Of a DNA stretch of 64,000 nt, positions 39,851-53,525 are shown piece by piece. A program made the position numbers and the translations under genes. This DNA is from Octopus vulgaris (taxonomy: Eukaryota). Positions within the stretch are counted from its first letter, which is position 1. Each line of letters begins with the position of its first letter. The notes under the pieces were generated by a model, which searched no databases, was not told the origin of the DNA, and saw only the letters and a program-made list of their open reading frames with translations. The DNA lies in assembly GCA_951406725.2 (NCBI GenBank), contig OX597814.1, positions 88,722,001 to 88,786,000 on the forward strand. The letters run 5' to 3'.

Positions 39851-41335
39851 TGTTTTAACTTTATTCAACTGATATATATAAACACATACATACATACATA
39901 CATACATATAAACACATACACACATATAATATGTGTGTGTGGAGGGAGATAACACAATTTTTTAATGGGGGCGGTCAGATAACCAAAAAGTACCCCGTTA
40001 TTTACCAGTTACGATACAAAGTAATTAAGTGAATAAATAAATAGATGAATAATATAAAACAAAAATAAATAAATAAATAAATGACACTATGCGTGTGTGT
40101 TTAGAGAAAGATACATTCACAATGTAACAATATGCTAGCCCCGAACGTGACACAAAACAAGATTTCTGTAGCCTTGTAAAAATTTTATTGTAATTTCTCA
40201 CTTTTGTACGAAAGCTACAGCGTTTATGAGGAAAAACAACGAACTTATTGTGTAAATCCTGACAAATTTTCATAAACTAAGCCTGTAATATTATTGATTC
40301 GTTACAATACATAAAGTCACGTTGCTGACATTACTTCAGTAGTTATTCATGCATATAAATAGCGGAGCACTTGGATATTTATATATTCTCGCAAAATTGT
40401 GCTTGCAGTATGACAGAATACTCAAAAAGTTACATGAACTAAAACTTCTTAAACAATAGCCGATCCTTTACACTTGTCTCGACAACAACAACTGAAAAGA
40501 AAAATGTAGTGATTCCCACTGTACTTATTTTGAAAAGCATATCTAACTATTTCTAATAATGACGAAGCAAAATTTATTAAAAACACAGAACAAAGGCTTC
40601 AACCTAAATATTAGGATAACTTGTCTTGCGCTTTCAACTCCATCCCTCTCCAAGTCTGACAATAGTCAATTTCTTCCAGAATGAAAGTGAGAGAGAAAGA
40701 GGGAGAGAGAGCGGGAGAGAGGGAGATAGAGAGAAAGAGGGAGAAAACGAAAGAAGGCAAGATATAGAAAAAGAGTGACTGAAAGAAAAGAAATTGACTT
40801 TAGCACATGCACTTGGTTTATCCATCCTGAAAGGACGAAAGATTAAGTTGACTTTGATGAGATTTGAACTCAGAGTTTAGATGTTTAACAATTACAACCA
40901 AACCCTCCGAGAGAAATTTTGCTAGGTGAAACAGGATTCCTTTTGAGTCCCACCTTGCAAGAGTGTGTGACTAAGCTACGGTTGAATAGTTGCAAATACT
41001 TTGCATGAAATTATTTGGATCGTATTGACGTCAATCAATCTATTAAAAGATATTACTCATCTGCTAATGCAGTGTTGTTTTATCACTTATTTGTTACTTA
41101 TGCACACACACACACACACACATGTATATATACACACGTAGGCAAGCACACACACACGCTTATATATGAACTTCTTGAACTTTTCAGTCGTTGAGATGTG
41201 CCATCAACGAAAACTTCATTTCTAAGTAGAAAAGAAAAAAATAAATCAGTTTATCAACAGTATTGAAGACTTAGTACATGAGAAGAAATGTATTTGAACC
41301 AAATGGCTTGAAATATTTCTCGATACTAAAGAAAG

Positions 41336-41656
41336 CTGGTAGAATCGTTAGCACGCCGGGCAAAATTCTTAGGGGCATTTCATCCTTCTTTACATTCTGA
41401 GTTCAAATTCCGCCGACGTCGAACTTGCTTTTCATTATTTCGGGATCAATAAAATATGTACCAGTTGAGGACTTGGGGTCGATGTAATCGACTTGTTCTT
41501 TCTCCCGTAATTGTTGGCCTTGTGTCAAAACTTAAAACCAATGTTGTATGCCATGTATACTTTTCTTTTATCATTCCAACTTATTTAAATCCTTGGATTT
41601 TATGTCCATCTTAGTATTGCTCTTCTCATCAGCCACTCTGAAAGCAAATAAAAAAA

Positions 41657-41689
<33 letters not shown>

Positions 41690-41899
41690 GTTATTATTAT
41701 TATTATTATTATTAAGGCAGGCGAGACGCATAGCAGCATTTCGTCTGTTTTCATGTTCTAAGTTGAAATCCCGCTGAGGTCGACTTTACCTTTCATCCTT
41801 TCGGGGGGTCGAGAAATTAAGTACCAGTGAATCACTGGGTTCGATGTGTTTGACCGGTCCCCGCCACCAAAAATTTCAGGCCTTGTGCCTTTAGTAGAA

Positions 41900-41943
<44 letters not shown>

Positions 41944-42172
41944 CATTATTAATATTATTATTAGGCGGCGAGCTAGCAGAATCGTTAGCACTCCGGGAAA
42001 AATGCTCAGTGGCATTTCGTCTGTCTTTATGTTTTGGGTTGAAATTCCGTCGAGGTCGACCTTGCCTTTTATCCTTGCGTGATGGATAAATTATATACCA
42101 GTGAAACCCTGGGGTCGATATTATCAACTAGTTCCCCCCGTCAAAATTTCAGGTTTTGTACCTTTAACAGAA
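41336..42172 (+). mobile_element. Three SINE family A monomers (41336-41540, 41714-41900, 41963-42172) separated partly by (TTA)n
   Basis: Each carries the core cga.gtcga...tt.c.ttt.at and tail; (TTA)/(TCA) tracts intervene. Confidence 0.85.
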
Positions 42173-42187
42173 AGGATCATCATCATG

Positions 42188-42244
<57 letters not shown>

Positions 42245-42717
42245 GAGGGAGAGAGCAGTTCATGCCAACACAGTGACACTGGGGTAAAATATACGAAGCC
42301 CAATATACCCATCATGACTACCCGTCTGATAAGGGTACACCAGGCACAGACATCACAACCATATGTGCGCGACATGGTGATCTCATATCAAGATAAACAG
42401 CACATGACCTTGCAGGTGGGGCCCAGTTAGAAATTTCTTCAGGTTGAGTAGCCCATCCCGCTCAAAAGGTCCCTGGATAAGGGTTGTTTAAGGATGTTGA
42501 AAGAACCACCCATGTTTCCAGAGGTGAATTATTCAAACCCCAAAGAATCCCTCTCAACACATGGCTATGATGCTCCCCCACTACTTCTGCTCGTGATCAG
42601 AGATGCACATATCGTCAGCCACTAAGGGACATGATCAACTGGTTAAGGTCAAACAACTAACAAGTAAATCTGTGGTATTGAGCAGAATATTTGCTGTAGC
42701 CCATCTTTTATACCAAA
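42245..42717 (-). mobile_element. ~470-bp non-coding element inserted in (TTA)n, possibly non-autonomous Dong/R4-type
   Basis: GC-richer island with (TTA)n on both sides; minus strand ends ctctctccctc(aat)n; no recognisable ORF. Confidence 0.55.
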
Positions 42718-42765
42718 TTATTATTATTATTATTATTATCATCATCATTATCATCATTATTATTA

Positions 42766-42796
<31 letters not shown>

Positions 42797-42799
42797 CAT

Positions 42800-43190
42800 A
42801 AGGCGGCGAGCTGGCAGAAACGTTAGCACGCCGGGCGAAATACTTAGCCGTATTTCGTCTGCCGTTACGTTCTGAGTTCAAATCCCACCGAGGTCAACTT
42901 TGCCTTTCATCCTTTCGCGGTCGATAAATTAAGTACCAGTTAAGCACTGGGGTCGATCTAATCGACTTCATCCGTTTGTCTGTCCTTGTTTGTCCTCTCT
43001 GTGTTTAGCCTCTTTTGGGTAGTAAAGAAATAGGTATCTCGTCTGACTTTTCGTCCTCAGTTCAAATTCCGCCGAGGTCGATTTTGCCTTTCATCCTTTC
43101 GGGGTCGGTAAAATTAGTACCAACTGAGCATTGGGATCGACGTAATCGACCCGCCCCCGAAATTGCTGGCCATGTGCCAAAATTTGAAAT
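42800..43190 (+). mobile_element. SINE family A, dimeric copy
   Basis: Collinear with 1683-2085, with an alternative tail. Confidence 0.9.
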
Positions 43191-43928
43191 CAATATTACT
43201 GATACTAGATGTATTTCATATCAGAGGAACGTAAAACAAAGACCACTGTCCAAGAATCTTGTGTTCCAGCTTAGGTTAGTGGTAGATGAATCACAGATAT
43301 AACAATGTTTTACCGTCCTATCTCTTCTTGTATCGTGCTATAGCTACACTGACAACATTAATAACACCATAATACAAGAAGGAAAGAGAAATTATAAAGC
43401 GAGAAAAGAAAAGAGAAGGAAAGAAATTAAATATAATTGAAAACAGGACAACATCAAGTCGAAAAACGAATATGTTGTGTGTGGAGTTAGGGCAACAGAT
43501 AGGCCAAAGTTGTGACAGAAAGACATATGAAACTGTCTAACTATCCACATGGAGGCGTAGACTAGTGCAAAAATAACAAGACCCATCAAGCTATTACACA
43601 AAACATGCTGAGGTTAGGAGCACAAAGAAAAGAAACGAGTAATTTAGTTGCTGATCTTAACAGAAGTGGGAATGCATGATATTGTTGGTGTGTTCGTGTG
43701 TGTGTGTGTGAATGTGTGTGCATAGATTTTTACGTCACATATACACACACATGCACGCGCGCGGACACGCACATAGGCACCGCAATATATGCACAGATGC
43801 AACACACGCGTACACATAGAAACGCACACAAATATGAGTATTTATGCATCTGTATGTATGAATGCTTTTATTGAGAACGCACACACATAAGCGTACATGC
43901 ATATACATAAACATATACGTAAATACAT

Positions 43929-44312
43929 GGCAGAATTGTTAGTACGCCGGGCGAAATGCTTAGCGGTATTTCGTCTGTCTTTACGTTCTGAGTTCAAATT
44001 CCGCCGAGGTCGACTTTGCCTTTCATCCTTTCGGGGTCGATTAAATAAGTACCAGTTACGCACTGGGGTCGATATAACCGACTTAATCCGTTTATCTGTC
44101 CTTGTTTGTCCTCTCTGTGTTTAGCCCCTTGTGGATAGTAAAGAAATAGGTATTTTAGCCGTTGCTACGTTCTGAGGTCAAATTCCGACGAGGTCGATTT
44201 TGCCTTTCATCTTTTCGGGGTCGATTAAAAATGTACCAGTTACGCACTGGGGTCGATGTAATCGACTTAATCCCTTCCCCCAAATGTGAGGCTTTGTGCT
44301 TCCAGTAGAAAG
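43929..44312 (+). mobile_element. SINE family A, dimeric copy
   Basis: Two cores. Confidence 0.9.
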
Positions 44313-44325
44313 GATTATATATATA

Positions 44326-44556
44326 TATTTCTTTACTACCCACAAGGGGCTAAACACAGAGGGGACAAACAATGACAGACAAACGGATTAAGTCGATTAC
44401 ATCGACCCCAGTGAATTGGTACTTAATTTATCGACCCCGAAAGGATGAAAGGCAAAGTCGACCTCGGCGGAATTTGAACTCAGAAATTAGCGGCAGACAA
44501 AATACCGCTAAGCATTTCGCCCGGCGTGCTAACGTTTCTGCCAGCTCGCCGCCTTA
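44326..44556 (-). mobile_element. SINE family A monomer, tail-to-tail with the previous copy
   Basis: Ends in ctgccagctcgccgcctta. Confidence 0.9.
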
Positions 44557-44557
44557 G

Positions 44558-44601
<44 letters not shown>

Positions 44602-44649
44602 TGAGTACCTTATTTACTGTGGTTAACCCCGACTCAACCCGGGACCTAC

Positions 44650-44683
<34 letters not shown>

Positions 44684-44699
44684 GTATATGTATATATAT

Positions 44700-44948
44700 T
44701 AGAAAAAATGAGGTAATCAGATCGGATGGTTCATATTTATAGATATTTATTTATATATTACATTTTTTACATATATATCATTCAGATCATATCATTCGGA
44801 TTAGCGCTTTCTCCCAATCGAGTGGGGTTTTCAAATCAAATCAATTCCTTGTGGGTAATTTGAACATTTTATAGTTTCGTAGTAGTGGTGGGGAGGAATA
44901 AGACAGTATAAAAGGGTGAGGAGGAAGTGAGACAGAGAAAACATGTGG

Positions 44949-44983
<35 letters not shown>

Positions 44984-44988
44984 TGTGT

Positions 44989-45020
<32 letters not shown>

Positions 45021-45200
45021 TTGTATCTGATAGGGAAGAGGAAGTATTATTATTCTGTTGGCCTACTGGACCTCCTGTGGTTTTCTAAGAATTTTGGCTC
45101 TGCTCTCTGTCCAGTCTCGTGTCACTGAGTGTGTGTTGTGCGTAGGCTGGCCGGACAAATGTCATTTGGGGTCACACTTTCTATGATCGTTTTGTGGAGG
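44700..45200 (-). mobile_element. PLE 3' remnant with U3-A8 hammerhead at 44794-44841
   Basis: Minus strand TIIESVTPN (PLE C-terminus-like), then gat-TTGAAAA-cccca(ctcgat)tggga-GAAA-gcgc-TA-atc. Confidence 0.65.
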
Positions 45201-45559
45201 TGTGTGTGTGTGTGTCCGTGTGTGTTTTTGTGTGCGTGTGTGTGTGTGTGTGTGTCTCTGTGTGTTTGGAGAAGGAGAGAGAAAGAAAGAGAAAAGGGAA
45301 AATAAAAATAAAAATAAATATAAAAATAAAAATAAAAAATAATTAAAAATATAAAAAATAAAAAAAAAAAAAAAAATAAAATATAAAAAAATAAATAAAT
45401 AATAAATAAAAATAAAGGAGGAAGTGGAGAAGAAAAAAAATATTTTTGTGTGTTGATATTTATACCAATACATATATATATATATATACACACACAGACT
45501 TATACATAAAATATTTGACTTGAAAATTGTATATCATAGGAAAGTTAAAATTATATATA

Positions 45560-45631
<72 letters not shown>

Positions 45632-46279
45632 TACTTGTAATGGATGCGTGGCGTTCAATTAAATAATAACAAATTATATATATATATGTTTCGTGTATTA
45701 TAAACAGTAATATTCTAAATAGTTTTATAACGTTTAATATCTCCGTTGGTTCGTTGAATCTTAGTCTACGTTGTCATGTAATATGCCATTTTCTCCATTG
45801 TTCTTCCGATTTTGTCGATCATTCGCCCGAAGATTTTTTTTTTTTTTTCATCTTTTGTAACCTATTTTATTTGGTTCAGTCACTGGACTGCGCTGTCAGT
45901 TGTTCAAAATAAGCTTGAGGGTTTTAATTACATGAAGTTCCGGGCAGAATTATTCAAATTTATCTTGGTATACATTAAACACTAGCATATCTGCATCACA
46001 AGGTTTTGCTCATTGATGTCCGTTAGAGGATACCTGAGCTTTTTTGTTCCATTTTCGTACAGTAAAAGATTTATAAATTTATTTTCCACAGATATCAAAT
46101 AAGAAACCAAGGTTGTCTCGTGAGATTGCAATGTTGAGTTCAATATCTCCTGTTGGAGTTTTGCCACGTAGTTTTGACTCCCACAAGTTGCACCAGTGTA
46201 TCCGTTTATATGACCGTAATTCTTGATCCTGAATCGCTTATATGAAAATGCAGGAAAATTTTTCGTATAATCTATGCAG

Positions 46280-46438
46280 CATAGCTGAGTGGCTTAAGAA
46301 GTTCACTTTGCAACCACTTCATTTTAGGTTCAGTCCTATTTCGTGGCAAGTATCTTCTGTTATAACCACGAGCCAACCAATACCTTATCACTGAATTTGG
46401 TTGACTGAAACTATGCAGAAGTCCCTCGTGTGTGTGCA

Positions 46439-46473
<35 letters not shown>

Positions 46474-46670
46474 CTATTTTTGCGTTTGACTCATTCACTT
46501 GACAACGAGTGTTCGTTATACATCCTTCTGAACTTAGTGGATCGGCATAGAAAGATCGATAGTATAAGTGTCAGACTTAAAGAAAATGTGGTTGATTTAA
46601 GTGACTAAACCCTTCTAGTTGATACTTCATTATGATTGCAACCGGATGACTGAAATCAGTAAAAGAGTAA
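46280..46670 (+). mobile_element. Old SINE family B copy
   Basis: Degenerate head, internal (TG)n and tail tgactgaaatcagtaaaagagtaaa. Confidence 0.7.
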
Positions 46671-49069
46671 AATAAAGAAAAAGAATAAAGCAGAATTTTT
46701 GGTTAAAACATAAATCCTATTTCCTCTATCGGCTTTGAATCCAGTTTTTGAACGAATTTGAAAATTAATAATTTCCATAAAAGTCATAAAATTAATTTCA
46801 AAATCAACTTGCACTGTTTTCAACAGTTTTATATCTGAAGTTATAGCTAATATAATTGTCCATAAAATTAAAATTATTTATTCAACGTACTTGTCTTCTG
46901 CCCGTGAGAAACCCAGCAACACGCGAGAATTCAATTGTAATAACAACTTAGAGGAAGATGGTTTGTATCAGGGCGATTTTCCCTTGTGGCAATTCAAGAA
47001 GATGAACGTCTTCACTCATGCATATCACTACAATTTGAGTGTTCAAAATATTTTGCTTCAAACCTATCCAGTGAAAGATACTATACAGTATTGAGATCAC
47101 ACCTAACCTAAAAACCCGTTCAACCATGAAATCATGAGTTGAATGCTAGCTTATACTTTGTGGATATTATTTAGCAACTAACAACTGAAAGTGAGTCATA
47201 CATCATAGATTGTGAAAACGTCAAAGTCAACAAACGAATAGTGATATTTAATCAGAATGCTCTTCAAAGCATGCAATGGCTTAATATGTCGTGAATCGTC
47301 CTTAGATGACAGAAAACTATTTCGTTCTAATTTAGTAAAGCTTTATATGAAACATACTCTTAGATATTTTACTATTATTTTCCCTTCTGGTTCAGAACTA
47401 CACTTAGCTGTTTTCCTCCCAAACAACTATTTCCGCTTTGCCTATCGAATATAATAGTCACCCAATCCTACTTAATGAACAAATACCTTGTCTATCTATC
47501 GTCCTTTTTACGTTTCACTCTCATATTTCATGCTAGGTATCTTGCTATATGTTATATGCAGAAGTGTTTCTTTGTGTTGTCCTTGTCCTACTTTTCAAAT
47601 ACTAGCTGGTATACGCATAAGAAAATCAAGTTTAATAGTGCAGCTAAACACTTTCAGACTGAGGAGGAAGTTATTCCCAGACTAAAGACATGGTCCAAAC
47701 GCATACAACAAACACTTAAGACAGCCATGGGCCAGGTAATGGCTAAAAACAGGGTGACGGATTAAATGCACTATCTACGAAAAGAAACTGTCTATCCAAG
47801 AAGCTTCCCTGCGGATTCTGTCAAATGAATTCCACTCACAAGGTTCTAGTCAAACCGAAGCTATAGTAGAGGATAGTTGCCCAAAGTACTGTACGGTGGG
47901 ATCGAATACGAAACCACGTTGTCCTAAAATGAACTCGTTAACCACACAACTATGTCTGGTGGAGACCAGAAATGTACAGAGAAGTGAAGCCGATTGAATT
48001 GACCCTAGTATATTATTTGTACATATTTTATTGGTCTTAGGTGAAGGAAGCATTCGACTCTGCTTAAATTTGAATGCACGGCACAAAGTGCTGAGAGTAA
48101 ATACTTTGAGACAAGCACTTCTGACAACTTACCACTTTCGGATCGAAGTATGTACAGATTGAAGTATCATAGGGATTCAAAATGAGAAATTAGATTGTGT
48201 GAGCCTTTTCTCGAAAACATAAGCGTCGTAAATGTTGTGGTTCGATAATAAAAAAAAACGGTACCAGAACCATACGAACAATTTATAATGATCAGCTAAA
48301 TTCTTCCTGATTTGATAAACGTCTCGTTTTATTAAAGGATTATTTGTAGTCAGTTAAATCTACACAAAATGGGAAGTCGATTTTAGCCGGATTTAACCTA
48401 GAAATGGAAAAATAGATTAATATTTCCGCTGTACAGCCACACCTTCATTTCAGCTCTACAGGCACACCATATTTATCTAGCGAAGTGATTGCGTCATGCT
48501 TGTCAAAGAGTCTTAGCTATGTAAATAAAAGATAGCTAACTAGAGTTGCATACGAAGAACAGGCCCTCTGAGACTGGTGAGACCGATGCGGTTAATGTCC
48601 TACTTAAACACTTGTCATTTGACCGCTGGAAAATATATAAAAAAAAAGGAAAATTCCACAGACATCGTCCTGATGAGAAAGAACTGGTTAATGTCACTTC
48701 ACAGAATGAACACAGTATACGTGATGGGAGAAGAAACGAGTGAGTTCAGAGTGCCGAAGTAGAAGTGGCATGGCTTCTAACACTAGCTATCTCCATGAAG
48801 TAGAAACGACTGTGGTAGTAATGGAAAAGACATAGAAGGAACTAGCACATCTACTAACCCAATGTTGAAGTGTGTTGACGAAGGACTTGTCCAGTCAATC
48901 GAGAGTCCTTTTCTGAGAAATACAATACTAGGTGTGTGTATGTATGTATGTATGTATGTATGTATGTATGTATGTATGTATGTATGTATGTATGTATGTA
49001 TGTATGTATTCATGTATACGTGCTTGCGTGCGTGCGTGCATGTATGTATGTCAGTAGCACGTTAAACTG

Positions 49070-49245
49070 TAGCAGTAGGCCATTGAAAGACTCGTCTGAG
49101 CTTTGATGAGAGTTGCTGGTTGTTGGGGATGAATTTTTTTCTAGCACTGAACAGGAAGGTCAGTTTTTGTTATGCTGAGGATGTACCTTCACCAGGAAAG
49201 ATCCTTATTTATGGTGAGATGCAACAGTGTTCCCCTGATATGCGT
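49070..49245 (-). mobile_element. CR1/L2/Jockey-group LINE fragment
   Basis: LTINKDLSW*RYILSI...FLFSARK, resembling the post-RT LG..I..DLSW..HI motif. Confidence 0.55.
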
Positions 49246-49492
49246 AGTGATTGTGTCTTTGGTCTGTTGAAGAGCATAATGTCAAGAGCGAAATGATAAT
49301 CCCTCAGCGTAGCACCTTAGACAAGTGCCTTCTACTACAGCCTCGGGATCTGTTCAGTTTAGCTCACAGGTTTTTAATTATTTTAACTGAACAGTTTGAA
49401 ACTTCGTATACTGATCGAATGTCTCAGGCAGAACATACAATCATATATGCCTGTATTGCTACACGATGTAAAAATATTCTCATGATATATAC

Positions 49493-49644
49493 ATGGCCGT
49501 GTGGTAAGTAGCTTGCTTACCAACCACATGGTTTCGGGTTCAGTCCCACTGCGTTGCACCTTGGGCAAGTGTCTTTTACTATAGCCTCGGGCCGACCAAA
49601 GCCTTGTGAGTGGATTTGGTAGACGGAAACTGAAGAAGCCCGTC

Positions 49645-49650
<6 letters not shown>
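49493..49650 (+). mobile_element. SINE family B 5' half ending in (TA)n
   Basis: gtggtaagtagcttgcttaccaaccacatgg...gcccgtcgtata. Confidence 0.9.
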
Positions 49651-49706
<56 letters not shown>

Positions 49707-49713
49707 TCATGAT

Positions 49714-49968
49714 ATTAACGTGCCAGTGGCTGAGTACTACAAGGACACGCGCACCCTTAACGTAGTTCTCAAGGAGATTCAGCGTGACAGAGGGTGTGAC
49801 AAGGCTGGCCCTTTGAAATGCAGGTACTACTCGTTGTTGCCAGCTGATTGAACTGGAGCAACATGGAATAAAGTATATTGTACAAAGGCATATCGTACCG
49901 CCAGGAATCGAACACTCGGCCTTACGATCGTGAGCCGAATATCCCTAACCACTAAGCCACGTGCCTTC
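49714..49968 (-). mobile_element. SINE family C (tRNA-derived)
   Basis: Reverse-complement head gaaggcacgtggcttagtggttagg...gttcgattcc has boxes A and B; close copy at 52557. Confidence 0.88.
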
Positions 49969-50097
49969 GCAAGAATGATATTATCGATTTCTTAAACACA
50001 CAGAAATAAATTTATTCATTTATACTCACTAGTATTAAGATGTTTCTCATGCGACTTGATTTATTGTAAAATATTGTAATAAAAGTGAAATTTTGGG

Positions 50098-50140
<43 letters not shown>

Positions 50141-50485
50141 CACACACACATACAAACACACACACACACCTGTGTGGACCACAAACTATGACCATTTCTA
50201 AACTATAAATAGGAACGTTTTTTAAATTGCGTATTAACTGTTATCTTTCGTACAATGAACTTTACAATCGAAAACAACTTTACTACTCCTGCCACATCCC
50301 ACCCTCTCTTCTTTTTCTGTATACATACATACATACATACATACATACATACATACATACATACATACATACACGCATACACACACACACACATACATAC
50401 ATACATACATACATACATACATACATACATACATACATACATACATACGTACATACATTCGTACACACACACATATACACACACG

Positions 50486-50521
<36 letters not shown>

Positions 50522-51796
50522 TCTATTCAGTTTGGCCACAGACATTTTAATTATTTTTTTTAACTAAACAGTTTGAGACTTCGTATACAGGTGTAATTTT
50601 CCACGCAGAACACGTTTTACTTTGAACATTTTTGACAAACTTTGGTATTTTAGTAGTTATTTCATGCTAAAGTTGTATTTGGGTAATTTTAACCAACCAT
50701 CGACGTGTATTCAGTTGAAGAAATCTATTGCTTTTTGCGATAGTAATCGAAGAGGAAGAACTTCCGGGTCAATTCTGCTGAATGTCACTACTCTGTTCTA
50801 TTCGCATGTCATTATTTCTTCCTTTCTAGTTAGCACCTTGCTTTCCTTACTCTTTCCTTCTTTACTGGTAGACAGCCACCTCTACATATCAATTACTAAC
50901 CAGCGAGCGAACTTGTCACTGCCACTACAATTACCGTATTTTCCAATGTATAAACCGCTACCTGGAAAATTTAGTGTGTAGCTTATAGAAAGGTGCGCCT
51001 AATATGTGTAATTTTTTATAAGTTTCAGGAGGAAAATGACTTGCGTATGGAGATTGACTGATTTCAAGCGAGATGTATTCCTCAGGCTACTCGTCAACCA
51101 AGGGTATTTTGATTGAATCAAAGTTTACATCATCACAAGGAGGTACTTGTTAACACATGCTCACTATGAATCATATGTAGCCCGTATCTTATATACTCCA
51201 TTCTTTAACTCTTGTATTTATATTCGCATACCCAGCAACCTTGGTCACCTGCCGTGAAATATAAAAAGAACCTTTTTCAGTTTATCATACTTCGATACCA
51301 AAAGTTCCATTAACCACTATTGTCTCATTAACCACTATTGTCCTTGAAAGTTGATTTTCATATTTACTGCGGATTGCTTGAAGCTAACTTTCTTCCTACA
51401 CCTCGATCTTTGGATCTTGTATGTATGTATGTATGTATGTATGTATGTATGTATGTATGTATGTATGTATGTATGTATGTACGTATTGGAGCATTGGATC
51501 TCGAAAATCACCACATGAATCTATAAATAATAACATGTGAATATTTTCGAAATGTAGGATATTTACAAAGTCTTCGACTTTTCCTATCCAAAGAAGTTTT
51601 TTAGCCCAATATTTACATGCTGTTAATTATAGCCTTATGTAACGTACTTCAAGGTCCATCCAATGCGCTCCGCTCCTCCAAAACAATTATTCCATGTTCT
51701 CTCGAAAGTTTATAAAATTATTTTGACGCCAAAAATATACGTGCATGTGTGCGCGGACAGACAGACTGACTGACAGACAAACAGACAGACAGACAT

Positions 51797-51906
<110 letters not shown>

Positions 51907-52089
51907 TGGTCCACCGACCCACGGATTTAACCCAAGTCACTGGATAAACTACATAACTTAAAACTACATTTTTTTGAGTGCGATAATTTCCTTTGCTATT
52001 TTGCCGTAAGACAGTGGCGTATTCTTATAGCCTCATGTAGAAATTAGGAAATTAGGAAATTAGGAATGTTATGCCTATCCTTTTAATGA

Positions 52090-52545
52090 TCTTAGACTTA
52101 TTGCCTTTTTCTTGCTACGTAAGAGCACCCGCATTCACCTAATGAGTTATCAGAACTCTGCATTTGCGCTAATTATTCCATCTTCTTTCTTTACCGATTC
52201 TTAACTATTTTCCTGATTTTACTCCTTCGATTTATATAATGCCAACTTTTCCCGGAGCATCATTTTTCTGCAGCCCGCAGTAGATTATTCAGCATTTAGT
52301 GTCCAAAGTCACTTTGCAGATGTTGTTTAATCACTTTGGAGAGAACAGAATAGTGAAGATGAATTTCCATGTTCCTTTTCACTATCTTCTTTTTCTTTTG
52401 CACTGTTTTTCGTGTCTGCCCCGAGATGCTTTCTGCAAGTTTACACTTCTTGCTTTCCACATACAGCTTTTCATATTCTGGATCAGTGAATCATAATCTT
52501 CATCGATTTCTTCAATCTCACTCCTTGTTTCCATCATGATAGCAT
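52090..52545 (-). mobile_element. RTE-clade LINE fragment (EN-RT linker)
   Basis: EIDEDYDSLIQNMKSC...ISGQTRK...YSVLSKVIKQHLQSDF...LLRAAEK. Confidence 0.6.
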
Positions 52546-52556
52546 CCCCCGACTGC

Positions 52557-52800
52557 ATTAACGTGCAAGTGGCTGAGTACTACACAAACACGCGCACCCT
52601 TAACGTAGTTCTCAAAGAGATTCAGCGTGACAGAGGGTGTGACAAGGCTGGCCCTTTGAAATACAGGTACTTCTCATTGTTGCCAGCTGATTGAATGGAA
52701 TAAAGTATAGTGTTCAAAGGCACATCGTGCCGCCGGGAATCGAACACTCGGCCTTACGATCGTGAGCCGAATATCCCTAACCACTAAGCCACGTGCCTTC
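52557..52800 (-). mobile_element. SINE family C
   Basis: Highly similar to 49714-49968. Confidence 0.88.
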
Positions 52801-53151
52801 ACAAGAATCGAAAATTTCATGAGTTGGTCTTTCAGCTAGACGTGCAGTGCATTTTAGCAACCGATCATCGGTGACAAAATTAAATGATGTTATACGATCG
52901 TCGCTGCTAGTATTAAATGGTATTATGAATAAGACTGCCTGCAGTCATTTGTCATCTAGAATGTAGTTGACCTCATTTCGCGGCTGAACGTTTAATGTTA
53001 TTCAGATCTCCCTGAACAGACTGTTCCTGCAATAAGCCTTTTCGCCTCAGCCATGGTGCCTAAACATTCTCCTATTTCACCTCTTTCCCAATTCGAATTC
53101 TCTAACGTTTCTTTATTTATAAATGTATATGTGTGTATCTGTGTGTCTGTG

Positions 53152-53217
<66 letters not shown>

Positions 53218-53451
53218 CACATATAACGTGTATATATATATAAATAAATATATATATATATATATATACACAGACATATATATATATATGTATATGTAGG
53301 TGTATATGCATGCATACACATACACACACATTACTTGTGTAGCAAAATATAAACATACATATAATCTTAAGCTTATCTACATACATGCGTGCATGAGATA
53401 TATGTGCGCGTATATCTATATACGTGTGTGTGTGAGTACATAAAGAAAGAC

Positions 53452-53525
<74 letters not shown>

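Noticed and set aside
49895-49968. Possible tRNA genes at SINE heads
   Set aside because: The heads continue into shared SINE bodies and lack a proper acceptor stem.
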